The notes below the pieces were generated by a model. That model was not told the origin of the DNA. It worked only from the letters and a program-made list of their open reading frames with translations, and did no database searches. From positions 61,442,001 through 61,506,000 of the forward strand of contig NC_135816.1 of assembly GCF_964213995.1 (NCBI RefSeq): 64,000 nt of DNA. The letters run 5' to 3'. How positions within the stretch are numbered: the stretch's first letter is position 1; every line of letters starts with the position of its first letter. The translations under genes and the position numbers were made by a program. Shown here one piece after another: positions 24,398 through 36,789 of the stretch. Source of the stretch: Mustelus asterias (Eukaryota).

Positions 24398-24489
24398 TGC
24401 ATTGACCAGTCAGAGTCCACTTGCCAGCCAATTAGCACTCTCTCCTCATGCAGTATAAATTGTTGTCCCCTTCACAATTTAAGTTTTAA

Positions 24490-24785
24490 GTTATTTATTA
24501 TTGTCACAAGTAGGTTTACATTAACACCGCAATGAAGTTACTGTGAAATTCCCCAAGTCGCCACACTCCAGTGCCTGTTTGGGTACACTGAGGGAGAATT
24601 TAGCACGGCCAATGCACCTAACCAGCACGTCTTTTGGACTGTGGGGGGAAACCGGAGCACCTGGAGAAACCCACGCAGACACAAGGAGAACATGCAGACT
24701 CCGCAGAGACAGTGACCCAAGTCGGGAATCAAACCCGACTCCCTGGCGCTGTGAGGCAGCAATGCTAACCACTGTGCCACCGTGC
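24490..24785 (-). mobile_element. tRNA-derived SINE (V-SINE head, alternative tail)
   Basis: Same head as the HE1-like copies, tail gtaacttcattgcggtgttaatgtaaacctacttgtgac; second copy at 30471-30750. Confidence 0.8.
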
Positions 24786-26239
24786 AATTGTGTATTCTTG
24801 TGAATTTTCCTGATTAGCACAAGACAAAAAGTTTCGACAACATGTCTTTTTTCAGAAATACTGGTGTTTAGTTCTTTAATTAACCAATATACATTACAAT
24901 GTCACAACAAATTGGCTGAATTCTCCAGCTGTTCACACCCTACCGCCACTGCCAGAGAGGACAGAGAATTTGGCACTCAGCCAAATCTCTGTTCATTGCA
25001 GTGGGATGGGAGAATCCCTTTGGCATGTATGGCCGGAGAACCCCACCCATTATTTTTGAATGAACCGGTAGAAACTAAATACTTAGTTTTTAGATACTAG
25101 GACGGTGCATATTGCATTTAGCATTAAAGTTAACTTCTAATGTGGCTACACAATCTTTGGCCCAAGTTCCCAGATTTAAAATACACTGCCAGATGTAAAA
25201 TTAAACATCTCCCCTTTTCCCTTAAAAGCTTCAAAAGATCTTTCCCATGTCCATTCTAAATGCGCAGAGCAGTGTTTTTCAATGGCACTTCATGCTGCTG
25301 CTGCTGCGGGTTGTGGAATATTACAGCATATTTTCCTGGGCTTGATGTTGCTGTGGTTCAAACAGGTCAAGGATGGGTCTGGGTTGCAGGAAGGTCGCAG
25401 AACACGGAGGAAACGACATCACATAATTTGCTTGGTTTGTGTAGGAATAGTGTGCATGGTCTTACACGGAGAAAAGTCCCAATCCTTTCAGAACAAAATA
25501 AGTTTTCTGTCATGACAATATTTCATTTGCTGGATAGTTAGCTGAAAACCAGAAACAAGAGTATCAAACAACTCAATCACTGGTTGAACTTCACAACATG
25601 ATAGAGCTCAGAAAAACAGGATTTGGAAATACATTTATTTTTGTGTGAATTGACCAGACAGACGAGCAGGAAACACACTATATCGGAGCAGAAGTGGACC
25701 ACATGGATTCTCAAGTTTGCTCCACCATTTACTATGATCATGGTTCCATTTATCTGCCTCTTTCCCAAATCCCTTGATTCCCTTAATGACCAAAAATCTA
25801 GCTCAGCCTTCAATATGATACATGGAGCATTCACAACTCTCGAGAGTAGAGGATTCCAAAGATTCACAACCCTTTGAGTGAAGAAATGTTTCCTCATTCC
25901 AGTCCTAAACAATCAGCCCTTATCCTGAGGCTGTGCTCCCATCCCTCCCCGCCCCCTCCAGCCAATGGAAACAATTTCTCCATGTCTACCCCACCAATGC
26001 CCTTCAGAATCTTGTACTTGTCCAATGAGATCACCTCTCATTCTTTGAACTCCAGACAATATAGAGCCAGTTCACTCACCTTATCTTAGGACAACCCTCC
26101 CATCCCAGAGACTACTCTTGTGAATCTTTGCTGTACTGATTCCGTGTCTCTAGATCCTGCCTTATAAATGAAGGCCAAAATGGTTTCACCAAAACCATGT
26201 ACAATTGTAGTAGGACTTCTTTTATTCCTATACTCGAAA

Positions 26240-26770
26240 TTTATTTAACCTTTATTTAGCCAGATGAGTCAATTGAGAACCACTTCTTATTTACAACAAT
26301 GACCTGCCCAAGAGACTAATGCCGCCGCAGCATAAATTACACAACAATACAATTCATTAAAACACTAAAAACAATAAAATACCAATTAGCAATGAGAGTT
26401 AACAGCTTAACAAATGAAAGTACAGTTGACAGAGCCTTAGCCCTTCAGCGAAATTATCCATGGTCATAAAGTTAGATAGCTTCAGCTTTAGTTGTACCTT
26501 GTTCCAGTCATTGACAGCCTCAAACGGAAATGAATTACAACCAAAGCTTTTGCTCACTGTTAGAACAACCAATTTGATCTAGTCGCATGACCTCAGATTA
26601 TAAGGCAAGATAGTAAAATGTAACAAACTTTTCAAATAGGCAGGTGTTTTCCCAAACAAGGTTCGATAAACGAACAGAAGCTAATGGAGTTGGCGCCTTG
26701 TGTGCAATTAGGGCCAGTTAATCAGGGGGTACAGGTCACAGTGATGGCTGTGAAAAGGGACACCAAAAAC
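26240..26770 (-). mobile_element. L2-like LINE 3' fragment
   Basis: Reverse frame HHCDLYPLINWP..HTRRQLH..KTPAYLKSLL..FEAVNDWN; paralog at 50800-50860 plus 53778-54230. Confidence 0.7.
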
Positions 26771-27265
26771 AAATCAAATATTATGTGGTGTCATTTACAC
26801 TAGCTTAAAGCTCTTTGTATCTGGACATTTAGAGTGTATTTATTAAACAGCAAGTCTGTGTAAGTTTATCCTTTATAAACTATATATGGGCAAAGTGTAA
26901 GTATCCTCGACTATCCCACACAAAGAACAAACTTATTTTAAAAATACCTTTCACATTTCCACATGTCCCAAAGTGTCTCATGGTCAAAGAATAATAGTTG
27001 ACTCCTAAAAATGTGAAAAAAGCTTTTTTCTTGTCTTTTTTATGTTGGAGACAGTTCATTATATCTTGGGACTATCAGTTCCTGTGGCACTTGTGAGCTT
27101 TAGGAAGGGATTATTGAGCCTGGCAAGTGTCACGAACTCCAATATTCCAATGCATGTCATAGGGGCGCTTTCAATCAAAATTTGACACTGAACCACATAG
27201 GAGATATTAGAGCAGATGATCAAAAACTTGGTCAAAGATGTAGATTGAAAGTGGAAAGAGAGGTG

Positions 27266-27575
27266 CGGCACGGTGGCATTGCGGTTAGCACTGCTGCCTC
27301 ACAGCGCCAAGGACACGGGTTCAATTCCTCACTTGGGTCACTGCGCGGAGTTTACACATTACCACCATGTCGGCGTGTGTTTCCTCCGCGTGCTCCGGTT
27401 TCCTCCCACAGTCCAAAGATGTGCGGGGTAGGTTGATTGGCCGTGCTAAACTGACCCTAGTTTCGGAAAGATTAGCAGGGTAAATGTGTGGAGTTACAGG
27501 GATAGGGTGGGATTGTTGTCAGTGTAGGCTCGATGGGCCGAATGGCTTCGTTTTGCACTGTAAGGATTTTATGAG
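27266..27575 (+). mobile_element. HE1/V-SINE-like element
   Basis: Family head, core and tail. Confidence 0.8.
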
Positions 27576-28118
27576 AATTAGAAAGGCAGAGAGATTTAGA
27601 GAGGGAGATGCTGAAATTAGGATCTAGACAGTTGAATTCAGTCACCAATGGTGGACAGATAAAAGGCTGCGAACCAATGCCCTAAACCATCTCTTTGACC
27701 AGTCACCCCCCTAAATTCCTCCAGCGACTGTTCAACATCTTCCATTTAGAAAATGCCACGCAGTGTTTTGTTACAAAGTAGAAGTTCTCTGATGAAATTT
27801 GGCTCTACTTTTGAACTATTACTTAAGCATATGGATACACATCCTCATAAAAGGCAGTGTAACCCTGAAGTCAGGAAACATCTCTTTACACCAGGGTTGA
27901 TCAGTACTTTGAATGCTACCGAGGAATCCATAGATTTTCATAGAAAGAAGAACCAGAACAGTTAAAGATCTTAGTCACCTGCAATTATATTGACAAAATA
28001 AAGCATCATTGTTTCACACTCAAACCATCACACGTCAGTTGAAAAATAAACACTGCCGGTGTAAAAAAGTCTTCGTGTTATGAGGATTGAGGCAGATTAT
28101 GAGATGGTGGCACCTCAC

Positions 28119-28221
28119 ATTTCCATTGGCACAGGAACACGGTGATTATAATGTAGCAGATTAAAACAGGAAAAGCCAACAGAATTGTAGCAATCAGGCT
28201 GTGAGGGAACTCTTCTGGTAT
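28119..28221 (-). CDS. Transmembrane exon of TIM-like gene B
   Basis: cttcag acceptor, IPEEFPHSLIATILLAFPVLICYIIITVFLCQWK, gtgagg donor; paralog at 57949-58057. Confidence 0.7.
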
Positions 28222-28659
28222 CTGAAGCAGAGAAATAGAATCAGAGAATTAAGACCTTTCTCTGCAATATTAAAACCAGCATCAATGCAGGAAAGACAGC
28301 TAAAAAATCATTACGGGACGAAGTGATATTCATTAACTATTGATCATGACTTGAAATGAGGTGTGAAGAGAAGTGATAAGAATTCCAGAATTCCTGTTAT
28401 TGCAGCATCCAAAGATTCATAGTAAACATGCAAACATTATGTGAGTCGATATCAAGTGCAGCTCATTGAATGATCATCTGAAATTCATGACATTCTGCCA
28501 CCCTATTCACATTGCGATATAATATAATTTCTGTGATCCTGATCATATCTTTTCCCAAGCCTTTATAACTGATTTTTCTATTAATTCATCCCAGAAAGAT
28601 GAGAGCAGGACTTCCACCATGATCTTGTCCCAGTTTCCTGGATTTGGTTCTTTTTTGTT

Positions 28660-29640
28660 CTGTTTTTGATTCATTCCTGCAAAGTGAGCATTGTTGGCAG
28701 CAGTGGCATTTACTCCTCATTCCTAATTGCCCTTGAGAAAGTGACAGTGAGCCACCTTCTTGAATCACTGCAGACTATGTGCTGGCGATGGAGGGAAAGA
28801 TGTTGAAAGTGGTGGTTGGGGAAGTTGATCAAGTGGGCTGCTTTGTCCTGGGTTGGTTCAGTGTTGGAGCTGTACTCGTCCAAACCAATGGAGAGAATTC
28901 CATCACACACCTGACTTGGTGCTCGTAGATGGTGGAAAGGCACTGGGGAGTCAGGAGCTGTGTTCTTCACTGCAGCATACCCAAACTCTGACCTGTGACC
29001 ATGACTGTTAAGTGTTTTGTCCATAGTGACAGACAGCCCCAACTCTTCCCCAGGATGTTGATGGTGGGGAATTCAGCAACGGTGATTGTTTTGAAATTGA
29101 AAATGGTGGTTCACTCATTGGACGTGGCCATTACCTAGCACTTGTGTGATGCAACTATCCTGTGAAGGACTACATCCTGACATAATTCTTAAATTAACTC
29201 TGAATTTCTAGTTATTCTTTCATGCAATAATTTTGGAAAAAGCTGCATAAAGCTTTTCTTGTGCTTTTTTTTATTCATTTATGGGATATGGGTGTCGCTG
29301 GCCAGACCAACATTTATTGCTCATCCCTAGTTGCCCTTTTGAAAGTGGTGGTGAGCTGCCTTCTTGAACTGCTGCAGTCCCTGAGGTGTAGGTACACCCA
29401 CAGTGCAGTTAGAGAAGGAATTTCAGGATTTTGACCCAACGATAGTGAAGGAATGGCGATATATTTCCAAGTCAGGATAGTGAGTGACTTGGCGGGGAAC
29501 CTCCAGGTGGTGGTGTTCCCATGTATCTGGTGCTCTTGTCTGTCTAGATGGTAGTGGTCATGTGTTTAGAAGTTGCTGCCTAAGGAACTTTGGTGAGTTC
29601 CTGCAGTGCATCTCGTACACATGGCTGCCACTGTTCATCA
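28660..29640 (-). mobile_element. Two degenerate LINE 3' fragments (CR1/L2-type)
   Basis: ttttattcatt..gggatatgggtgtcgctggc ends, similar to 63800-64000. Confidence 0.55.
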
Positions 29641-30062
29641 GTGTAGAGACAGGCTCTCAAATCTTCACCAATTTATTCCTTTCATACTCAACTGTTCACT
29701 GCAGCTGTAGATCCCTTCAGTGTTCAGAACTCTGCATCAAATACCCTCCCCCTAAATATTCAGTCCTTTCCTTCATCAACTCTCTTTACTGTTTTTGAAA
29801 CTGCTTTATAACCCACCGTTCATCTCACACCCTTGATCCCCCAGACTACTCCCACATCATTCCCAAAAAAGCAGTATAAATGAAAGCTCAATCACGAACA
29901 CCCGAACTTCTAACTTACCATCAACGCTCCCTTATCACTTCCTCACCTTACACTGTGTGCTCGGACTGCCTATCAGCTCAGGGACAGGAGATCGACCAGA
30001 GTAACAAGAAAATACAGAAGCGAACAAAACCATTGCATTTGGAGAAAAACTGAATTGCTCAC

Positions 30063-30142
30063 AATTGAATGTGGAGTTTGAGTTGAATTTTTTTTATTTG
30101 GTGAGGAAGTCATCGAGTTAGCGGAAGAGAAAATCTTGTTCC
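30063..30142 (-). CDS. Ser/Thr-rich stalk exon of gene B (predicted)
   Basis: tctttcag acceptor, (G)NKIFSSANSMTSSPNKKNSTQTPHSI, gtgagc donor; phase 1-0 fits between the 32337 exon and the TM exon. Confidence 0.55.
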
Positions 30143-30470
30143 CTGAAAGAAACCAAACAAAAGAGGTTATGGTTTAAAGAGCCTTATCCAGAAATCCAGA
30201 CCAATTGCTAACTTCTCATCGATATAGCAATGAAGCATCTCTGGAGCTCAGAAAGTAGAATGCTCACCATGTTATTATTTCAATGGGATATGAGAATGAA
30301 GCCAGAAACTGGAGATGAGATAGAAGATCAGCTATGATCTTATTAATCAGCAAAACAGGCTGATGGGCCATATGTTCTACTCCTGCTCTTATTCTTTGTC
30401 CCCTAATGGTTGGGTTGGATGGGACAGCTCCTATCTACATATCCTTCAACTGACAGGATATTATTATTGG

Positions 30471-30750
30471 GGTGGCACAGTGTTCAGCACTGCTGCCTCA
30501 CAGTGCCAGGGACCAGGGTTTGATTCCTGGCTTGGGTCACTGTCTGTGCGGAATCTGTACATTCTCCTCAGGTCTGTGTGGGTTTCCTCCAGGTGCTCCG
30601 GTTTCCTTCTGGAAGACTTGCTGGTTAGGTGCATTGGCCATGCTAAATTCTTCCTCAGTGTACCCGAACAGGCACCGGAGTATGGCGACTAAGGGATTTT
30701 AACAGTAACTTCAGTGCAATGTTAATGTAAACCTACTTGTGACACTAATT
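30471..30750 (+). mobile_element. tRNA-derived SINE (alternative-tail family)
   Basis: Homologous to 24490-24785. Confidence 0.8.
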
Positions 30751-31402
30751 TAAAAAATATCTGAACCAGTGCATAGAGCTAGTGTGAATTGATTCTTCAA
30801 CTTAACCTATCCAGTTAATGTGAACTTCTTCATTAATGCAGGTAGACAAGTTCAGTGATGGATCACAGGGTCACATCATTGTAAGTGAGATTATTATCAT
30901 ATTAACCCATTGGCAAGGCCACCAATACAGCTTGTGGTTGTCCTTTCTTCAAAGAATTCCACTGTTCTGTTTCACAAGAATGGTCAGTTGTCACCCACGT
31001 GAAATCATTGGAACATGCACCCCCTGCCCTTTTAATATTTCTGCCAATTCATAATTTCCAATCGCAAATTAAGATTTGTGCTATTAATTAACACCTGCAA
31101 AATGATTATTTCTTGAGATAATTTTACAGAGAGTATGTTTGGTATCAAAGCAGGATTCCCCAAATTTAATATTAAATGCCTAATTTTGCTTTCATTCTTT
31201 GATCAATATCTATTTTTAAAAACCAAATCAATGGGTGGAATTTTCCACTCTGTGCACAGAGAAAATGAGATCTTGTTAGTGAGAATCCCGTTTTCTGATT
31301 CTCACGAGATTCTATGTCCACGTCACAGTTTACTACCACAGCGAATGCAGCGGCAAAATACCCCAATGTGTTTGGTCTCACTGAAGTTGGTATCCTTACC
31401 AT

Positions 31403-32323
31403 AGTAAGAAGTTTAACAACACCAGGTTAAAGTCCAACAGGTTTATTTGGTAGCAAAAGCCACACAAGCTTTCGGAGCTGCAAGCCCCTTCTTCAGGTGA
31501 GTGGGAATTCTGTTCACAAACAGAGCATATAAAGACACAGACTCAATTTACATGAATAATGGTTGGAATGCGAATACTTACAACTAATCAAGTCTTTAAG
31601 AAACAAAACAATGTGAGTGGAGAGAGCATCAAGACAGGCTAAAAAGATGTGTATTGTCTCCAGACAAGACAGCCAGTGAAACTCTGTGGGGGTTACAGAT
31701 AGTGTGACATGAACCCAATATCCCGGTTGAGGCCGTCCTCGTGTGTGTGGAACTTGGCTATCAGTTTCTGCTCAGCGACTCTGCGCCGTCGTGTGTCGCG
31801 AAGGCCGCCTTGGAGAACGCTTACCCGAATATCAGAGGCCAAATGCCCGTGACCGCTGAAGTGCTCCCCAACAGGAAGAGAACAGTCTTGCCTGGTGATT
31901 GTCGAACGGTGTTCATTCATCCGTTGTCGCAGCGTCTGCATAGTTTCCCCAAAGTACCATGCCTCGGGACATCCTTTCTTGCAGCGTATCAGGTAGACAA
32001 CGTTGGCCAAGTTGCAAGAGTATGTACCGTGTACCTGGTGGATGGTGTTCTCACGTGAGATGATGGCATCCGTGTCGATGATCCGGCACGTCTTGCAGAG
32101 GTTGCTGTGGCAGGGTTGTGTGGTGTCATGGTCACTGTTCTCCTGAAGGCCGGGTAGTTTGCTGCGGACAATGGTCTGTTTGAGGTTGTGCGGTTGTTTG
32201 AAGGCAAGAAGTGGGGGTGTGGGGATGGCCTTGGCGAGATGTTCGTCTTCATCAATGACATGTTGAAGGCTCCGGAGGAGATGCCGTAGCTTCTCCGCTC
32301 CGGGGAAGTACTGGACAACGAAG
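31403..32323 (-). mobile_element. 5'-truncated PLE with open GIY-YIG domain and pLTR/hammerhead
   Basis: ORF FVVQYFPGAEK..NVVYLIRC..WYFGET..GLNRDIGFMSHYL; 13 bp TSD gtat(c/g)cttaccat. Confidence 0.92.
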
Positions 32324-32336
32324 GTTGTATGCTTAC

Positions 32337-32393
32337 CATGTCCAGTAGTTTGGGTCACATCAGTGAACGGAGGAATCATTACTGTGGAATGAC
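32337..32393 (-). CDS. Mucin-like exon of gene B (predicted)
   Basis: tctgtcacag acceptor, (G)HSTVMIPPFTDVTQTTGH, G|gtaagc donor, phase 1-1. Confidence 0.65.
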
Positions 32394-33388
32394 CTGTGAC
32401 AGATAAAAAAATTATTGGCAATCGCTTCTGCAACAATTTTAAACTACAGTTATACCAAAAGTATTCATACTTGATTAAAATATGCCAGGGAACTAAACAT
32501 AGCAGATGATAAGGTCTACAGGAATGATAGAGGGACTGGTAAAGGGGCATGAGTAGCCTTAATACTTCAGGATAAAAATCACCCCAATTATGAGATAGGA
32601 AATAAACCAGCAGTGGAGATTTTATGGGAGAGTTATGAAATTGAAAATAATTGAAGGAATGTCGCAAGAGTTGTGTATGGACCCCCAATCATGGCTGTGA
32701 AGTGGTAGCTTGTATGAGTTCTGTAATTAGGCATGTATGTAGCAAGAGTGATTTTAATGAGAGATTTTAACCTTCATGTACATTGGGATAAGCAAACTAG
32801 CACATGTCAAAAATGTAGCTAATTTCTTGACTGTATCTGGGATAGTTTTCGGGAGCCATATCAGTGCAGTCCAACAGCCTGTGTACTCCATCAAATTACT
32901 ATGAGTGCTCAATTTCACCATGGGAAAGTGGCAGTGGCTCCATGGAACGGGAGAACCTGCTACCCGCTCATGGGGTAAAAAGTTCATTCTCCCACTACTG
33001 CTACTCTGCTCGTTCCATTGCTGTTGCCTCTCACCCAGTCCAGACTGATGCCTTCCATGCCAAGTGAACACATTCTGAAGCAGGGCTGTTGAGGCACAGA
33101 TCTCCTGGAGATTGGTCAGCAAGGTTATCTGCAGTGTCAGCAACCTGACACCATATATCTTAAGGTAGCATTGTGTAGGAGCAGTAGGACCAGGCAAAGG
33201 CACTCAGGATACAGGGATGATTGGAATGGACAGGAATGATTAGTTGATTTTTGAATGGAGTATTGAATGATTTGGATAAAGTTGATTCAGTTGTCTTGTG
33301 GTCACTTTGATTTTAGCATTGTGGCTAAGTGGACGCTCTAAATGGCCTATAGTAGGTGGATGGTGAGCTGTTATAGAATGGAGACTTA

Positions 33389-34733
33389 GGGCCCGATTCT
33401 ACCAAAATTTCGCACCCGTTGGGCGTCGGGCCTAAAACACGGTCCAGACCCGACCCAAGGCAATCGCGCCTTTACCAAAGGCCAATCCGGGCGCCGATCC
33501 GGCGCGCACCCGAATCGGCCAGCGGGCCTATTTAAATGCATTTGCATGCATTTAAATCAACATAATGAAGCCCACGCCCAACTTACGCAAGGATTCCCAC
33601 TTTACGAGGCTCCGGCCCGATCCGATCGGCGCCCGCGCACTTACCGTGTTGCTGAATTCAAGTCCGATAGGGCTTCAACTCAGCAACTGAAGCGCCGAAT
33701 CGCCCCCGACCACCCTTCGCGGACCGCCCCCGCGAACCACCCCGGCAGCCCACCCCTCCCGTCCCCCCCACACGATCGGACCACCCTGGGATGCAGGCCC
33801 TGCCAGCAGCCTCCCCCCCACCCCCTCCCAGGATCAGACCCCCCAGACCCCCGGCCTACCTTGATCGCTGGTGTCCGTCGAAAGCATCTTGCGATCCTGG
33901 CCTTGCTCCAGGGGTCCTGATGGGTAGGATGACGTCTCTTCCCTGAGGGGGGGTGGGGGGATGTGATATCTCTTCCCTGAGGAGGGGGGGGGGTAGGGGA
34001 AAATGTGACGTCTCTTCCCTGAGGGGGGGGGGGGGGGGGTAGGGGGGGATGTGACATCTCTTCTCTGAGGGGCGGGAGGTGGGGGGGGGAATGTGACGTC
34101 TCTTCCCTGAGGGGCGGGAGGGGGGATGTGACGTCTCTTCCCTGAGGGGGTGGGGTAGGGGGGGTTGTGACATCTCTTCCTTGAGGGTGGGGGGGTAGGC
34201 TGGGATGTGACGTCTCCTCCTGAGGGGGGGGGGGGGGGGGGGGAATGTGACGTCTCTTCCCTGAGGGGGGTTGGGGGGGGATGTGATGTCTCTGCCCCTG
34301 GGGGGGGGCGGAGACGTCACATCCCCCCCCAACCCCCCCCTCAGGGAAGAGACGTCACATCCCCCCTCCACCCCCCGCCCCTCAGGGAAGATACATCAGA
34401 TCCCCCCCCCACCCCCCCCAGGGAAGAGACGTCAGATCCCCCCCCTACCCCCCCACCCTCAGGGAAGAGATGTCACATCCCCCCCTACCCCCCCCCCCCT
34501 CCTCAGTGCTGTCAGCGCTGCCTTTGACTTTTGCGCTCGGGCGCACTGAGTGCTGACGGCTTCGAACTGCGCGTGCGCAGTTCGGTGCTCCGACAGATGC
34601 AAATGCACTAGGCCCCGCCCACTGGACCCACGCCGAAAAAAGGCGTATGGAGACGCTGGTGCGTGGCTGCCGGGCGCGGGTCTGATTTACGAACGCACTC
34701 GGCACTTAGAGCCGATTTGGTAAAATCGGGCCC
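33389..34733. mobile_element. PIF/Harbinger-like non-autonomous element
   Basis: TIRs gggcccgattctaccaaa / tttggtaaaatcgggccc with TTA on both flanks (Harbinger-type 3 bp TSD). Confidence 0.88.
33925..34500. repeat. Inverted minisatellite array (atgtgacgtctcttccctgagGn)
   Basis: About ten forward units, then about five reverse-complement units, switching near 34310. Confidence 0.88.
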
Positions 34734-35286
34734 TTAGTATTGTCTTCAGTGGAACAGTAACCAAATGAGATGATCATGGACAATTCAGCTGGAAAGGGAA
34801 TGTGTAAGTTGCCTCTTCCCTTCTTCCTGATCATCCTCATAATCAACACTTTTGGTCATCTTTTTCCATGGAATGGAACAGAGTTGTGAAATTACACATG
34901 CATTTCATAAATGGAGCATTTGTAACCAACAATTTTCTGTTTGTAAGGAACAACTTCAGAATTGAGTTCAAACTCTAGTTACTGAAATATATCGAACAGC
35001 TCAAAGCCACTGGCTTTCCTCAGCAAACATAAAGTTACTTTTGCTGTACCAGATTTGTTCACCAGTACCTACAGTTGTGTGATTTCAGTTTAGGGCAAGA
35101 ATTCTCTGGCCGTTGACGCCAGCGGGATTGTCCAGTCCTGTCAGCGATGGCAGCGTGGGGTGACATCAATGGGAAATCCGATTGACAGCAGCGGGAACAG
35201 AGAATCCGGCCGCTAACGAACAGCACGCTGAGAACACTGACCAATAAATTACAATCAGGAGTGAGAACACTGCCCAGGAAATTACA

Positions 35287-35523
35287 CAGTAAGAGTTTTA
35301 ACAACACCAGGTTAAAGTCCAACAGGTTTATTTGGTAGCAAGTGCCAGTCGCTTTCGGAGCGCTGCTCCTTCGTCAAATGGAGTGGAAACGTGCTCTCAA
35401 ACAGGGCACAGAGACACAAAATCAAGTTACAGAATACTGATTAGAATGCGAATCTCTACAGCCAACCAGGTCTTAAAGATACAGACAATGTGGGTGGAGG
35501 GAGCATTAAGCACGGGTTAAAGA
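35287..35523 (-). mobile_element. PLE terminal fragment with hammerhead-like motif
   Basis: pLTR of the subfamily also seen at 59586. Confidence 0.85.
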
Positions 35524-36419
35524 GGCTGGCCTGGACACGTCCAAGAGGTTAGTAATTTGGGGATAGGGGGCTCACATGGAAAGCGATGCGGGGTCGCGGG
35601 ACTGACAAGCGATCGGGAGGGCAGAGTGCAGGTTACTGCGCATGCACCTATCTCGGCACTGACAGATCGGCGCATGCACAATGGCTCGCTCAGTGCCTTG
35701 CTGCCAGCCTCACCATCTATTTGCAAAATTTGACCTAATTTAAAGCCAAGACTACTCTTCAGATTCTAAGGCTAAACAAGTATATCTTCAAGGTCTCAGT
35801 TAGCTATCTAAAATCAGATTATTCACAATCTATGTAGAGTCAAACTCACTCACTACTAAGCCATATATTATATCATTCAGTCTACAGATTACATCCATCT
35901 GCAAGTCTTTACAATAGATACTGTTGAAATGGCTAGTTAGACCTGGAAAAGTAAGGTAGATCAAGCTCTTTACTCTCATTCCTTTTTCTTAATGGAAGAT
36001 TCTTGCCTCTGAATTTTGTTTGGGCAAAATATTCAAAATGAGGAAGATAAGAAAACCCAAAACCATGGACATCTTTAGTTTTGAGTTTTTTTGCCAGATG
36101 CATTTTCTGTACACAAGAGTTTTATGCTCGGTAAAATCACAGAATTCCTATAGTGCAGAAGTCCACTCAACCCATCAAGTCAGCAATAACTCTCCAACAG
36201 AGACCCAACATGTGCCCCATCCCCGTAACTCATCATAATTACCCCGCTAATGACCCTAATCTACGCATCTTTAGACTGTCGGAGGAAACCCATGCAGACA
36301 CAGGGAGAACGTCCAAACTCCACACAGTCACTCAAGGCTGGAATAGAACCTAGGCCCCTGACACTGTGAGGCAGCAGTGCCAACCACTGTGCCACCGTGC
36401 TACCTCTAGAACACGAAAA

Positions 36420-36770
36420 TGGAACACTATTTGTCAAAGCATTGCTAGTTTGTACCAACTGGTAGACAGGTTTGTGCTGTGGACTAATAAAATTTACAAA
36501 CTGCAGTCATTCGGCAACGTTCACAAAGTCAATCGCTCTGGGGCCTTCCGGAGCCTTGTGGAGTGGTGCAACTCGACACCCGGGTTCTCTGAGCTAGGGG
36601 ATAACTGAGACTTCAATAGCGGTAGATTGGTCAAGAGATACCAACACTGAATTGGGGCCAGCGCCCTCTTCGTCCGCTTCTGCTGACTGTCGAGATACTT
36701 CCTGGAGAACACTAGGTCCTGCTAGCGCTGACATAAGTTGTGAACTGCTGGATCATTGGCAGTAAAACAG
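36420..36770 (-). mobile_element. Gypsy-like integrase C-terminal remnant
   Basis: ELHHSTRLRKAPERLTL* resembles the typical Gypsy pol C-terminus. Confidence 0.45.
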
Positions 36771-36789
36771 ACTTGCGAGCTCATTGAAT

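Larger units (their letters stand above)
22180..24860 (+). mobile_element. Ancient PLE of a second family (RT + GIY-YIG remnants), with nested young PLE fragments and a SINE
   Basis: DIHISKPNNG, YGLPK, VKDSFTF, GVAMKSP, LKFTFEIE..LPFLDVLV, SNVVYEF remnants; degenerate hammerhead-like ctgattag..aaaagtttc at ~24811-24836. Confidence 0.75.

Noticed and set aside
32394-32688. N-terminal part of the 331 aa ORF as real coding sequence
   Set aside because: Intron-like AT-rich sequence upstream of a clear acceptor, non-ATG start, no recognisable homology
33925-34500. CRISPR-like repeat-spacer array
   Set aside because: Spacers are G homopolymers, there are no cas genes, and the context is vertebrate
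35039-35068. 30 nt micro-exon of gene B
   Set aside because: Splice-like dinucleotides only; no paralog or protein support visible
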